Assembly: GCA_949290865.1 (NCBI GenBank)
Contig: CASETM010000074.1
Coordinates: forward strand, 26,998 to 90,997
DNA length: 64,000 nucleotides
Direction of reading: 5' to 3'
Source: an uncultured Bacillota bacterium
GTDB lineage: Bacteria > Bacillota_I > Bacilli_A > Erysipelotrichales > Coprobacillaceae
Part shown: positions 18,405-28,091 of the stretch, piece after piece
How positions within the stretch are numbered: position 1 is the stretch's first letter
How the letters are laid out: every line of letters begins with the position of its first letter
Program-made: the position numbers and the translations under genes
Notes under the pieces: model-generated
Databases searched by the model: none
Seen by the model: the letters and a program-made list of their open reading frames with translations, nothing else
What the model was told of the DNA's origin: nothing

Positions 18405-18497
18405 AAAAAAGTATGCGGGGGTGCATACTTTTTCAAAATATTATTCACGTAAGGATGATAATAGGGGGTACGTTAAAGTGAATGTGCATCACCTAAC
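18405..18497 (-). ncRNA. Candidate small regulatory RNA (~95 nt)
   Basis: Extended -10 TGcTATAAT (hexamer 18509-18504) with TTTACA 16 nt upstream; C-rich hairpin; terminator GTATGC-ACCCCC-GCATAC-T6 (18428-18405). The downstream nudF has its own promoter. Confidence 0.6.
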
Positions 18498-18595
18498 AAT
18501 TAAATTATAGCACATCCATCCAAAATGTAAAGGGTTTCATAAAAAAATAAAATGAAGTTTTATGACAATATGTTATAATGATGGAGGTGAAAAAA

Positions 18596-19576
18596 ATGAA
18601 AAGAATAGAAATTAGAAAAAATGATGCCAATCAGCGAATCGATAAATATCTCAAAAAACTATTATGCAATGCACCAGTAAATTTGATATATAAAATGCTG
18701 CGTAATAAAGATATCAAAATCAATGGCAAAAAAGTCAATGAAAGATATATTCTTCAGGAACATGATATATTAGAGATGTTTCTCTATGAGGATAAATTCC
18801 AGCTGTATACTCAAGAAAAGGATATTTATTCATTGAAGAAGGAATTTAAGGTTTTATATGAAGATGAACAGATTCTTGTTGTCGATAAGCCTGCCGGTTT
18901 ACTGGTCCATGGTGATGCCAATGAAAATATCAATACGCTTGATCACCAGGTTCTCAGTTATCTTAAAGAAAAAGGCGAACTTGATCTTAGTCGTGAAAAT
19001 ACATTTATGCCTGGACCTGTACATCGTCTTGACCGCAATACCAGCGGAATTGTTATTTTTGGCAAGACCCTCAATGCTCTCCAGGATCTTAATGAGATGA
19101 TGAAGAAAAGACATCATATTGAAAAAACATATATTACGATATGTTCAGGATGTCTAAGAGAAAGAAAAGAACTCGTTGGCTATGTCAAGAAAATAGATAA
19201 TGAAGATCGTGTTCAGTTTGTCAGAAAAGATGATCCTGACGCTCTTTATATGAAAACAATTGTTGAACCGTTGAAATGGAATGCTCAGTTTTCACTAGTC
19301 ATGGTTCAGATCGTTACTGGCAGAATGCATCAGATCAGGATCCATCTTTCTAGTATCGGACATCCAGTCATTGGTGATAGGAAGTATGGTGATTTTCAGC
19401 TGAACAGACAGCTGAAACAGAAATTTGGTTTGAATTATCAGCTGCTGCATGCCAGCAGGATCTGTTTCTGTGATCCTTTTGGATCGCTACGCTATCTTAA
19501 AGGAAAAGAAATTGTCTGCGATATTCCTGATCAGTTCAGACAAATCGAAAAAAGTTTAATTGAAAGCGTTTTCTAA
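18596..19576 (+). CDS. RluA-family 23S rRNA pseudouridine synthase (RluC/D-like, with S4 domain)
   Basis: NDANQRIDKYL, VDKPAGLLVH, VHRLDRNTSG, TGRMHQIR, HPVIGD.KYG. Confidence 0.92.
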   Translation: MKRIEIRKNDANQRIDKYLKKLLCNAPVNLIYKMLRNKDIKINGKKVNERYILQEHDILEMFLYEDKFQLYTQEKDIYSLKKEFKVLYEDEQILVVDKPAGLLVHGDANENINTLDHQVLSYLKEKGELDLSRENTFMPGPVHRLDRNTSGIVIFGKTLNALQDLNEMMKKRHHIEKTYITICSGCLRERKELVGYVKKIDNEDRVQFVRKDDPDALYMKTIVEPLKWNAQFSLVMVQIVTGRMHQIRIHLSSIGHPVIGDRKYGDFQLNRQLKQKFGLNYQLLHASRICFCDPFGSLRYLKGKEIVCDIPDQFRQIEKSLIESVF

Positions 19577-19619
19577 AAAATGCATTTATAGTATAATAGA
19601 GCATATAGGAGGAATTAAG

Positions 19620-20543
19620 ATGAAATATTATATTGGTATTGATTTAGGTGGAACAAATGTAAGAACCTTATTGGTCGATGAAAATGGAAAAACATACAGT
19701 GAAGTCAAAGATGCAACTGAAAGAGAAAACGGCCCTGATTATGTCTGTGCAAAAATCATCAGACAGATCTCAAGCCTTGATACAACTGTCTGTGGAGGGT
19801 TATCAGGTGTAGAAGGAATTGGTATTGGTGTTCCTGGACCAGTTGATGTTGTCAACGGTACAATGATCATGGCAACAAATCTGCCTGGATTTGAAAATTA
19901 TCCAATTTGTGAAAAATTAGCAGATAAATTCAATCTGCCTGTATTTATTGATAATGATGCCAATGTTGCGGGACTAGCAGAAGCTATTTTAGGAGCTGGG
20001 AAAGAATATCCAACATGCTATTATGTAACAATTTCTACAGGAATTGGTGGTGCTTTCATTGTCGATGGTAAGCTGGTATCAGGTGGACGTGGTCATGCTG
20101 GTGAAATCGGAAATATCATCGTTAAGAATAATGGTTATAAATTTGGTGGGTTAAATCCTGGAGCAGCTGAAGGTGAAACCAGTGGAACAGCGATCACCCG
20201 TAAAGGAAAAGCTATTTTAGGCGATGATAAAGTAGCTCATGCTGGTGATGTATTCAGACTGGCAAGTGAAGGTGACTTAAAAGCACAAAGTATTGTTGAT
20301 GAATGCATTTCAGAATTGGCAACTATGTTTGCAAATATTGCGCACACAGTTGATCCACACTGCTTTGTTTTAGGTGGTGGTGTTATGAAATCTAAAGATT
20401 ATTTCCTGGATCAGCTGATCGAACAGTTCAATTCCAAGATTCATGTGGGAATGAGAGGACACATTCCACTGCTGCAGGCAAAACTTGAAGATTGTGGTGC
20501 TATTGGAGCAGCAATGTTACCTATGTCAAGACTTGGAAAATAG
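19620..20543 (+). CDS. ROK-family sugar kinase (glucokinase-like)
   Basis: IGIDLGGT, GIGVPGPV, IDNDANVAGLAE, ISTGIGG. Confidence 0.88.
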   Translation: MKYYIGIDLGGTNVRTLLVDENGKTYSEVKDATERENGPDYVCAKIIRQISSLDTTVCGGLSGVEGIGIGVPGPVDVVNGTMIMATNLPGFENYPICEKLADKFNLPVFIDNDANVAGLAEAILGAGKEYPTCYYVTISTGIGGAFIVDGKLVSGGRGHAGEIGNIIVKNNGYKFGGLNPGAAEGETSGTAITRKGKAILGDDKVAHAGDVFRLASEGDLKAQSIVDECISELATMFANIAHTVDPHCFVLGGGVMKSKDYFLDQLIEQFNSKIHVGMRGHIPLLQAKLEDCGAIGAAMLPMSRLGK

Positions 20544-20545
20544 AT

Positions 20546-20570
20546 AATAACCCCGTTCAGGGGTTTTATT
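20546..20570 (+). terminator. Intrinsic terminator
   Basis: AACCCC-GTTCA-GGGGTTTTATT. Confidence 0.6.
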
Positions 20571-20627
20571 TAGGCCTAGTTTTTTTATTCTGTCATGTTA
20601 TAATAGGGTGACCAAAGGAGGACGACT

Positions 20628-21761
20628 ATGAAAAAAAGAGTTGTTTTAGGTTTAAGCGGTGGCGTGGATTCTGCTGTTGCAGCTTACCTTTTGAAAAATC
20701 AGGGATATGAAGTCATCGGTGTTTTTATGCGCAACTGGGACAGCCAGCTGAATAATGATATTTTAGGAAATCCAACGACTGATGACGACATCTGTCCTCA
20801 AGAAAAAGACTACAATGATGCCAAAGCGGTTGCACAGCATTTAGGAATAGAAATTAAAAGAGTTGATTTTATCAAGGAGTACTGGGATAAGGTCTTCACT
20901 TATTTTATTGAAGAATATGCCAAAGGCAGAACGCCTAATCCTGATATTCTATGTAATAAACATATTAAGTTTAAGGCTTTTTTAGATTATGCGAAAACAT
21001 TGAATGCTGATTATATTGCTACAGGACATTATGCCCAGGTTGAACATCATCCAGGTGAGGATTCTGTCATGTTAAAAGGGCGTGATCATAATAAGGATCA
21101 GACATATTTTTTATGTCAGCTTAATCAGCAACAGCTGCAGGCTTCTTTGTTTCCTTTAGGTAAAATAACCAAGCATGAAGTCAGAAAGATTGCTCAAGAT
21201 CTGCAGCTGCCAGTAGCCAACAAAAAAGACAGTACAGGTATCTGTTTTATTGGTGAACGCGCCTTTAAGGAATTTTTACAGAACTATATCCCAGCAAAAC
21301 CAGGAAAGATGGTTGATATTCAGACTAAAAAGGTCATAGGTGATCATATTGGTATCATGTACTATACGATAGGTCAAAGGAAAGGATTGGGTATTGGTGG
21401 CCCAGGTGATGCCTGGTTTGTTGTGGGAAAAGATTATGATCAGAATATTTTATATATCTGTCAAGGGAATCAGAATGACTGGCTGCTGTCAGATGGGGCA
21501 CTGATCAGTGATGTCAACTGGATCTCATCATATAAGCCTGAACAGCCACTTCATTGCCATGCCAAATTCCGATATAGACAGAAAGATAATCCGATCGTTT
21601 TGACTTTTATTGATGAAAATACTGTCAGACTGACATTTGATCAGCCTGTTAAAGCAGTGACCCCTGGTCAGGCAGCGGTCTTTTATAATGGTGATATCTG
21701 TCTAGGTGGTGGAACGATTGAAAAGGTCTATAAAAATGGGAAAGAGCTGGATTATCTATAA
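20628..21761 (+). CDS. mnmA: tRNA-specific 2-thiouridylase
   Basis: SGGVDS, TPNPDILCN..IKF, ATGHYA, KDQTYFL, KDSTGICFIG, TPGQAAVFY. Confidence 0.97.
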   Translation: MKKRVVLGLSGGVDSAVAAYLLKNQGYEVIGVFMRNWDSQLNNDILGNPTTDDDICPQEKDYNDAKAVAQHLGIEIKRVDFIKEYWDKVFTYFIEEYAKGRTPNPDILCNKHIKFKAFLDYAKTLNADYIATGHYAQVEHHPGEDSVMLKGRDHNKDQTYFLCQLNQQQLQASLFPLGKITKHEVRKIAQDLQLPVANKKDSTGICFIGERAFKEFLQNYIPAKPGKMVDIQTKKVIGDHIGIMYYTIGQRKGLGIGGPGDAWFVVGKDYDQNILYICQGNQNDWLLSDGALISDVNWISSYKPEQPLHCHAKFRYRQKDNPIVLTFIDENTVRLTFDQPVKAVTPGQAAVFYNGDICLGGGTIEKVYKNGKELDYL

Positions 21762-23983
21762 TGCTTCAATATACGGGTTTTATTAAAAAGGTTCGCTATT
21801 ATAGCGAATCTTCTCATTATATCGTGGCAGTCATCGAAGTGGAGGAAGAAAACGAGGACATTGTGCTAAGTGGGTACATGTCTCAGTTCAATGATTATGA
21901 TAAATACATTTTTTATGGTGACTATGTGATTCATCCCAAATATGGCAACCAGTTCAGACTGGATCATTATGAAATAGTTTTAAGCAGTGACCGTGATGAA
22001 ATGGTCAAATATCTAAGCAGTCCTCTGTTTAAAGGGGTGGGCAAAAAACTGGCTGAACATATTATTGATGATTTGGGAGAAGATGCTTTTTCTCTAATCA
22101 AGAATGATAAACACAGTCTTGATCTTGTTAAAGGAATGACAGAGAAAAAAAGAGATATGATCTATGAGGTACTGGCAGCGCAGGATTTTGATCAGGAAGT
22201 GATGCAGTTTTTCATGGGACATGGTATCTCGATGCGGCATTTAGGACTGATTCAGGCAACGTATAAGGAAAAAACGCTGCAGATTCTCCAGAACAACCCT
22301 TATCAGATCATCGAAGATATTGATGGTATCGGTTTTAAGACTGCTGATGAACTGGCAATGAAAATCGGTTTTCAAATTGATGATCCTGAACGACTCAAGG
22401 CGGGAATCATTTACAGTATCAAACAAAGCTGTTTTAGCAGTGGCAGTACTTTTGTTTATCTTGAGGAACTGAAAAAAGCGTTTTTCAGGATCATTTTCAA
22501 TACAGATGATCAGACTTTTTTAACTTATCTTTCGTTACTGATTGAAGAAAAGAAAATCGTCCTGGAAGATGACCGCTATTATGAATATGATCTCTATGAG
22601 GCTGAAAAAAATATAGCCCAATATATTTTGAATATAAATAGACGTCCACAGGAAACCTATGATCAGGAGGCAGTCAGTGAGCTGTTAAATGAATTTCAAA
22701 AAAGTGAGGGTATTGAATATGCCAGCAAACAAAGAGAGGTCATCGATCATTTTTTAAGATACCCAATTTCTGTTCTAACAGGGGGACCTGGAACCGGTAA
22801 AACGACCATTGTCAAAGCCATGATCAGGATCTATCAGGAACTTTATCCTGAAGAAAAGATTGCACTTCTGGCGCCTACAGGAAGGGCTGCAAAAAGACTC
22901 AGTGAATTGACCGGACTGGAAGCCTGTACCATTCATCGTGAATTGAAATGGGATCTGCATTCTAATGTATTTGCGATGAATGAGAATAATCCGCTTGATA
23001 ATGATGTTCTGGTCATTGATGAATTTTCAATGGTAGACTGTATTCTGTTAAGTCAGTTGTTTAAAGCCAGCAGAAAATGTCATCGGATCCTGCTGATTGG
23101 CGATTATCATCAATTGCCATCTGTAGCGCCAGGAAGAATATTGAAAGATATCATTGATTCTCATGCTATCGATGTGATTGAACTGGATGAAATTTATCGA
23201 CAGACCCAGGATTCAGGGATCATTTGCCTGGCTCATGAAATTATTCATGAACATATGAACATGTCACTTTTTGAACAGTATAAGGATATTCATTTTTATA
23301 GCTGTTCCAATGCTGAAATGATCAAAAATGTCATTATGATCGTTCGTCGTGCCTTAGAAGAAGGATATACGATGAATGATATCCAGGTTCTGGCACCGAT
23401 GTATCAGGGAATAGCGGGAATCGATCATTTTAATGAAGCACTGCAGGAAGTTTTTAATCCATCGTATGGACAACAAGAATATCGTGCTGGAAAAAGAATT
23501 TTCCGTGTCAATGATAAGATCCTGCAGCTTAAAAACCGCCCAGAAGATGATGTCTATAATGGAGATATCGGTATTCTTGTCGATATTTGTCCTAAGGATG
23601 GCTTTGAGTATCTAGAAGATACACTGATCGTTGATTTTGATGGCCGTTTTGTTGAATATACAGCAGCAGACCTGTATACGATCACGCATGCTTACTGCAT
23701 GTCTATTCACAAGTCACAGGGAAATGAGTTTAAGATCGTTATTATGTCTGTACTGAATGATTATTATGTGATGTTAAAGCGAAATCTGATTTATACAGGA
23801 TTAACTCGAGCAAAACGTTCACTGTTTGTTCTAGGCAGTCCCAAAGCATTTGCTTATGGAATCGCTAATTATAAAGATGAAAGAAGAAAAACAACACTGG
23901 TTCAAAGACTGACCAGTCACGATGAAATTAGTGTGTATGATTTTCTTGATGACGGGGACAATGAAATAGAGGTGATAAAATGA
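21761..23983 (+). CDS. recD2: RecD2-like SF1B DNA helicase
   Basis: TGGPGTGKTT, APTGRAAKR, DEFSM, GDYHQL, HAYCMSIHKSQG; follows mnmA as in Bacillus. Confidence 0.92.
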   Translation: MLQYTGFIKKVRYYSESSHYIVAVIEVEEENEDIVLSGYMSQFNDYDKYIFYGDYVIHPKYGNQFRLDHYEIVLSSDRDEMVKYLSSPLFKGVGKKLAEHIIDDLGEDAFSLIKNDKHSLDLVKGMTEKKRDMIYEVLAAQDFDQEVMQFFMGHGISMRHLGLIQATYKEKTLQILQNNPYQIIEDIDGIGFKTADELAMKIGFQIDDPERLKAGIIYSIKQSCFSSGSTFVYLEELKKAFFRIIFNTDDQTFLTYLSLLIEEKKIVLEDDRYYEYDLYEAEKNIAQYILNINRRPQETYDQEAVSELLNEFQKSEGIEYASKQREVIDHFLRYPISVLTGGPGTGKTTIVKAMIRIYQELYPEEKIALLAPTGRAAKRLSELTGLEACTIHRELKWDLHSNVFAMNENNPLDNDVLVIDEFSMVDCILLSQLFKASRKCHRILLIGDYHQLPSVAPGRILKDIIDSHAIDVIELDEIYRQTQDSGIICLAHEIIHEHMNMSLFEQYKDIHFYSCSNAEMIKNVIMIVRRALEEGYTMNDIQVLAPMYQGIAGIDHFNEALQEVFNPSYGQQEYRAGKRIFRVNDKILQLKNRPEDDVYNGDIGILVDICPKDGFEYLEDTLIVDFDGRFVEYTAADLYTITHAYCMSIHKSQGNEFKIVIMSVLNDYYVMLKRNLIYTGLTRAKRSLFVLGSPKAFAYGIANYKDERRKTTLVQRLTSHDEISVYDFLDDGDNEIEVIK

Positions 23984-24090
23984 GAAGAAATAATGTTGTT
24001 ATGGCATTGACTCTGGCATCATTAGCCCTGTTATTCAGTGAAACAGAATATGGATGTCGCGTTGTTGAAACAATTAAAGATAAGATGTAA
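23980..24090 (+). CDS. Small 36-aa hydrophobic ORF, translationally coupled to recD2
   Basis: GAGGTG SD at 23969-23974; ATGA overlap with the recD2 stop; MRRNNVVMALTLASLALLFSETEYGCRVVETIKDKM. Confidence 0.5.
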   Translation: MRRNNVVMALTLASLALLFSETEYGCRVVETIKDKM

Positions 24091-24118
24091 CTTTTCTATC
24101 TTCAGATTGATTTAATGA

Positions 24119-24147
24119 TTGAAAACCCATATCTTTTCATGTATAAT
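24119..24147 (+). promoter_or_regulatory. Sigma-A promoter of the alaS leader
   Basis: TTGAAA-17-TATAAT. Confidence 0.75.
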
Positions 24148-24154
24148 GCAGTTA

Positions 24155-24358
24155 AATCGTTGATGAAGATGAGTACCTTAAGGAATATCATAGAGAGAAC
24201 ATGGCTGGTGGAAATGTTTATAGGACTTATGGGAAAGCTACTTCGGAGAGTAACTCATCATTACCGTGAAACTGCGTTAAGGTCAATTAAGGGCATGTCT
24301 TTGACATGAACTAGGATGGTACCGCGCTTAAGTCGTTCCTAGAAAAGGACGACTTTTT
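24155..24358 (+). promoter_or_regulatory. T-box riboswitch, Ala specifier (GCT)
   Basis: Stem I with AGTA/GAA, AGAGA and GCTGGTGGAA boxes; specifier GAA-a-GCT-A-CTTC (24237-24239); T-box AACTAGGATGGTACCGCG (24309-24326); terminator 24330-24358. Confidence 0.9.
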
Positions 24359-24379
24359 ATATTTTTAAGGAGAATAGCT

Positions 24380-26986
24380 ATGAAAGAATTAACTGGAAAT
24401 CAAATCAGACAGATGTTTTTGGATTTTTTTGAAAGCAAGGATCATAAAATTGAACCAAGTCATTCATTGATCCCAAATGATGATCCAACATTACTTTGGA
24501 TTAATGCTGGTGTTGCAGCGTTAAAAAAGTATTTTGATGGTTCTCAGAAACCAGAAAATCCAAGAATTACCAATGCACAAAAATCAATTCGTACAAACGA
24601 TATCGAAAATGTCGGGAAAACAGCCAGACATCATACTTTTTTTGAGATGCTGGGAAACTTCTCGATTGGTGATTATTTCAAAAAAGAAGCCATTGATTTT
24701 GCCTGGGAATTTTTGACAGATGAAAAATGGATTGGCTTTGATAAAGACAAGCTGTATATTACAGTTCATGATCATGATGATGAAGCCTATCACTACTGGG
24801 TCAATGAAAAAGGTGTTGATCCATCACATATGTTAAAAACACCTGGAAATTTTTGGGAAATTGGAGAAGGACCATGTGGTCCAGATTCAGAAATTTTCTA
24901 TGACCGTGGGGAAAAATATGATCCTGATGGTCTGGGAGTCAAGCTCTTTTATGATGAACTGGAAAATGACCGTTATATTGAAATATGGAATCTTGTTTTC
25001 TCGCAATATAATTCACAGGAAGGAAAATCAAGAGATGAATATGAAGAACTTCCTCAAAAAAATATTGATACCGGAATGGGGCTGGAACGTATAACGAGCA
25101 TCATTCAAGGTGGAGATACCAATTTTGATACAGATTTCTTCCTGCCAATTATCCGTGAAACCGAAAAAATTGCCACTGTTAAATATGAAGAAAATCGTAT
25201 GGCATACCGTGTCATAGCCGATCATATCAGAACCGTAACTTTTGCCTTGGCTGATGGAGCAATGTTTGACAATGCAGGAAGAGGCTATGTTTTAAGAAGA
25301 ATTTTAAGACGAGCTGTACGCTATGGTAAACAGATTGGCATAGAAAAAGCATTCATGTACAATCTGGTCGGTATTGTCAGTGATATCATGAAAGAATTTT
25401 ATGATTATCTACCCGAAAAAGTTTCATTTATTTCGGAAATGGTAAAAAAAGAAGAAGATTCTTTCCATAAGACTCTTGCTAATGGAGAAAAACTGTTAAA
25501 ATCACTTATTGAAAAAAATAAAGATGGTGTCATTTCAGGAAAAGATGCCTTCAAATTGTATGATACATATGGTTTCCCATTTGAACTGACTGTTGAAATC
25601 GCCGAAGAATCGCATATTAAAGTCGATGATCAAGGGTTTAAAGAAGAACTGAAGATCCAGCAGGAACGTTCTCGATGTGCCAGAGGGGATCTGGAATCAA
25701 TGAACTGTCAAAAACCTGATCTGATGGAATTTAAGGATAATTCTGTTTTTACTTATGATCCAAAGATCATCACTGCTACAGTGATAGGGGTATTTAAAAA
25801 TGGCTGCAAAGTTGATGAACTGTCTGATTGTGGAGAAATCATCGTTGATACAACACCTTTCTATGCGGAAATGGGTGGTCAGTGTGCTGATACGGGAACT
25901 GTCTACAATGATCACATCAAAGCCAATGTAGTCAATGTTTTGAAAGCACCAAATGGTCAGCATATGCATTTTGTTGACATTGAAACTGGAACAATCAAGG
26001 TTGGCGATCAGCTGCAGCTGGCAATCGATATGGAACGTAGAAAGAAGATCATGGCTAACCATAGTGCAACACATCTACTGCAGAAAGTACTGCAAGATGT
26101 TTTAGGTGACCATATCAGCCAGGCTGGATCATATGTAGATGATCAGCTGTTAAGATTCGATTTTACACATTTCGAAAAAATTTCTGCTGATCTGCTAAAA
26201 ACGATCGATCAGAAGGTAAATGAAGCTATTTTTAAAGGATATGATGTAGATATCCAAAACATGAAAAAAGAAGATGCTTTAGATTCTGGAGCCATGGCCT
26301 TGTTTGATGAAAAATATGGTGATGTTGTTCGTGTTGTTAATATTGGTGATTATTCTGTAGAATTATGTGGTGGCTGTCATGTTCACAATTCAAGTGAAAT
26401 TGGATTGTTCAAGATTGAAAGTGAAGAATCCGTAGGTAGTGGAATCAGACGTATCGTGGCCAGAACCGGAGCCATGGCTTATCAGGCACTGATCAGTGAA
26501 AAGGAAACGGTTGACAGAGTTGCGCAGATTCTGAATATCAGAAACCGTAAAGATGTAATCAGTAAAACAGAGGCCACAGTTAATGAACTGAAAGAAGCAA
26601 AAAAAGAAATTGCTGATCTGTCATCACAGCTGAATGCTTTAAATGCTGCTAAAAAGGCAAATGATGTTGAAACGATCAATGGTGTGAGAGTTCTTTATGT
26701 TGAAGAAAATATGGAAAACGCCAAAGCTAAGCAGCTGGCTTTTGATTTCAGAGATAAGCTGGGCAGTGGCATTGTTGTTTTGGTTTCTCGTCATGAAGAT
26801 AAATGTTCATATTTTGTTTCTGTCAGCAAAGATCTTTTAGGAACATATAAAGCTGGAAATATTGTCAAAGCTATTAATGAAATTGTTAATGGACGTGGTG
26901 GCGGAAAACCGGATTTTGCTCAAGGTGGCTGTGCAATCAATGATAGTATTGCAAATATCAAGACGTCACTTAAAAACATTTTGTAA
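24380..26986 (+). CDS. alaS: Alanine--tRNA ligase
   Basis: DPTLLWINAG, RHHTFFEMLGNFSIGDYFK, DTGMGLER, ELCGGCHV, GGGKPDFAQGG. Confidence 0.98.
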   Translation: MKELTGNQIRQMFLDFFESKDHKIEPSHSLIPNDDPTLLWINAGVAALKKYFDGSQKPENPRITNAQKSIRTNDIENVGKTARHHTFFEMLGNFSIGDYFKKEAIDFAWEFLTDEKWIGFDKDKLYITVHDHDDEAYHYWVNEKGVDPSHMLKTPGNFWEIGEGPCGPDSEIFYDRGEKYDPDGLGVKLFYDELENDRYIEIWNLVFSQYNSQEGKSRDEYEELPQKNIDTGMGLERITSIIQGGDTNFDTDFFLPIIRETEKIATVKYEENRMAYRVIADHIRTVTFALADGAMFDNAGRGYVLRRILRRAVRYGKQIGIEKAFMYNLVGIVSDIMKEFYDYLPEKVSFISEMVKKEEDSFHKTLANGEKLLKSLIEKNKDGVISGKDAFKLYDTYGFPFELTVEIAEESHIKVDDQGFKEELKIQQERSRCARGDLESMNCQKPDLMEFKDNSVFTYDPKIITATVIGVFKNGCKVDELSDCGEIIVDTTPFYAEMGGQCADTGTVYNDHIKANVVNVLKAPNGQHMHFVDIETGTIKVGDQLQLAIDMERRKKIMANHSATHLLQKVLQDVLGDHISQAGSYVDDQLLRFDFTHFEKISADLLKTIDQKVNEAIFKGYDVDIQNMKKEDALDSGAMALFDEKYGDVVRVVNIGDYSVELCGGCHVHNSSEIGLFKIESEESVGSGIRRIVARTGAMAYQALISEKETVDRVAQILNIRNRKDVISKTEATVNELKEAKKEIADLSSQLNALNAAKKANDVETINGVRVLYVEENMENAKAKQLAFDFRDKLGSGIVVLVSRHEDKCSYFVSVSKDLLGTYKAGNIVKAINEIVNGRGGGKPDFAQGGCAINDSIANIKTSLKNIL

Positions 26987-27040
26987 TTTGTACACAATTA
27001 AGGTATAATAAATTTGTATTTAGAAAAGTGGGTGATTTAG

Positions 27041-27295
27041 ATGGAAGATATGACAAAAACAAGAATTTTCAGTTCTGAAGAAATGAAGAGAGAAATGATC
27101 AAAAGCAATTTAAAAACTGTGATCAATGCTTTGAATGAAAGAGGCTATAATGCTGTTCATCAGATAGCGGGATATTTGATATCTAATGATCCTGCATATA
27201 TTTCTTCTCATAAAAATGCTCGAAATATCATCCAGCAGGTAGATCGAGATGAAATTATAGAAGAACTGGTTAAATCTTATATGGAGAAAGATTAA
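27041..27295 (+). CDS. ireB: IreB/YrzL (UPF0297) regulatory phosphoprotein
   Basis: ALNERGYNAVHQIAGYLISNDPAYISSHKNAR; alaS-ireB-ruvX synteny. Confidence 0.92.
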   Translation: MEDMTKTRIFSSEEMKREMIKSNLKTVINALNERGYNAVHQIAGYLISNDPAYISSHKNARNIIQQVDRDEIIEELVKSYMEKD

Positions 27296-27714
27296 TGAAC
27301 AAAATTCTCGGTTTAGATCTGGGTTCACGTACCTGTGGGATTGCGATGTCTGACATTCTGGGAATGCTTGCTCATGGCGTTGAAACATTTCGTTTTAAAG
27401 ATAATGATTATCTGACCTGCGCCAGACATATCAAGAATATTGTTGAACAGAATGATATTCATACGATTATCCTGGGATTGCCAAAACATATGAATGGTGA
27501 TATTGGTGAACGTGGTGAAATTTCAATTGCCTTTAAAAAGCAGCTGGAAGAGATGATCTATGATATTGAAGTTGTACTCATTGATGAAAGACTGACAACG
27601 AAAGTTGCAGAAAGTCGGCTGATCTTTGCGGATGTTTCCCGCAAAAAGAGAAAGAAAGTTATTGATAAAATGGCTGCTGTAGAAATTCTGCAGGGGTATT
27701 TAGATAGAAGATAG
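27295..27714 (+). CDS. ruvX: Putative pre-16S rRNA nuclease / Holliday junction resolvase YqgF/YrrK
   Basis: LGLDLGSRTCGIAMSD, GLPKHMNG, DERLTT, IDKMAA..ILQGYLD. Confidence 0.95.
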   Translation: MNKILGLDLGSRTCGIAMSDILGMLAHGVETFRFKDNDYLTCARHIKNIVEQNDIHTIILGLPKHMNGDIGERGEISIAFKKQLEEMIYDIEVVLIDERLTTKVAESRLIFADVSRKKRKKVIDKMAAVEILQGYLDRR

Positions 27715-27724
27715 AAGGAACGTT

Positions 27725-28009
27725 ATGGAAGAAAATATTATTGTAATTACAGATGAAAATGGACAAGAAAAAGAATACGAAATTTTATTTACATTTGATA
27801 ATGAAGAAAATGGACATTCTTATGTTGTCTATTTTGATCCTGACGATGACGAACCACAGGCTCAGGCTTCAATTTATACTGATGATGGGCAGCTTCTTTC
27901 CGTTGAAGATCCTGAAGAATGGGAACTGATTGAAGAAGTATTCCAGTCATTTGTTGCAAATGATGAAGAAAATGAAGAAACTGAATACTGTGAAGAAGAT
28001 TGTCATTAA
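27725..28009 (+). CDS. DUF1292 (YrzB-like) acidic protein
   Basis: DENGQEKEYEILFTFD...EEWELIEEVF; position after ruvX. Confidence 0.88.
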   Translation: MEENIIVITDENGQEKEYEILFTFDNEENGHSYVVYFDPDDDEPQAQASIYTDDGQLLSVEDPEEWELIEEVFQSFVANDEENEETEYCEEDCH

Positions 28010-28010
28010 C

Positions 28011-28036
28011 AAAAGCTAATGAAAATTAGCTTTTTA
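28011..28036 (+). terminator. Intrinsic terminator
   Basis: AAAAGCTAAT-GAAA-ATTAGCTTTTTT. Confidence 0.8.
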
Positions 28037-28091
28037 TTTATATTGAATTCATATATGACCATTATAATAAAGAAAAAAGGTAGGTAATGTT

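Noticed and set aside
24115-24309. 64-aa ORF upstream of alaS
   Set aside because: It coincides with the promoter and T-box stem I; the region is explained as a riboswitch.
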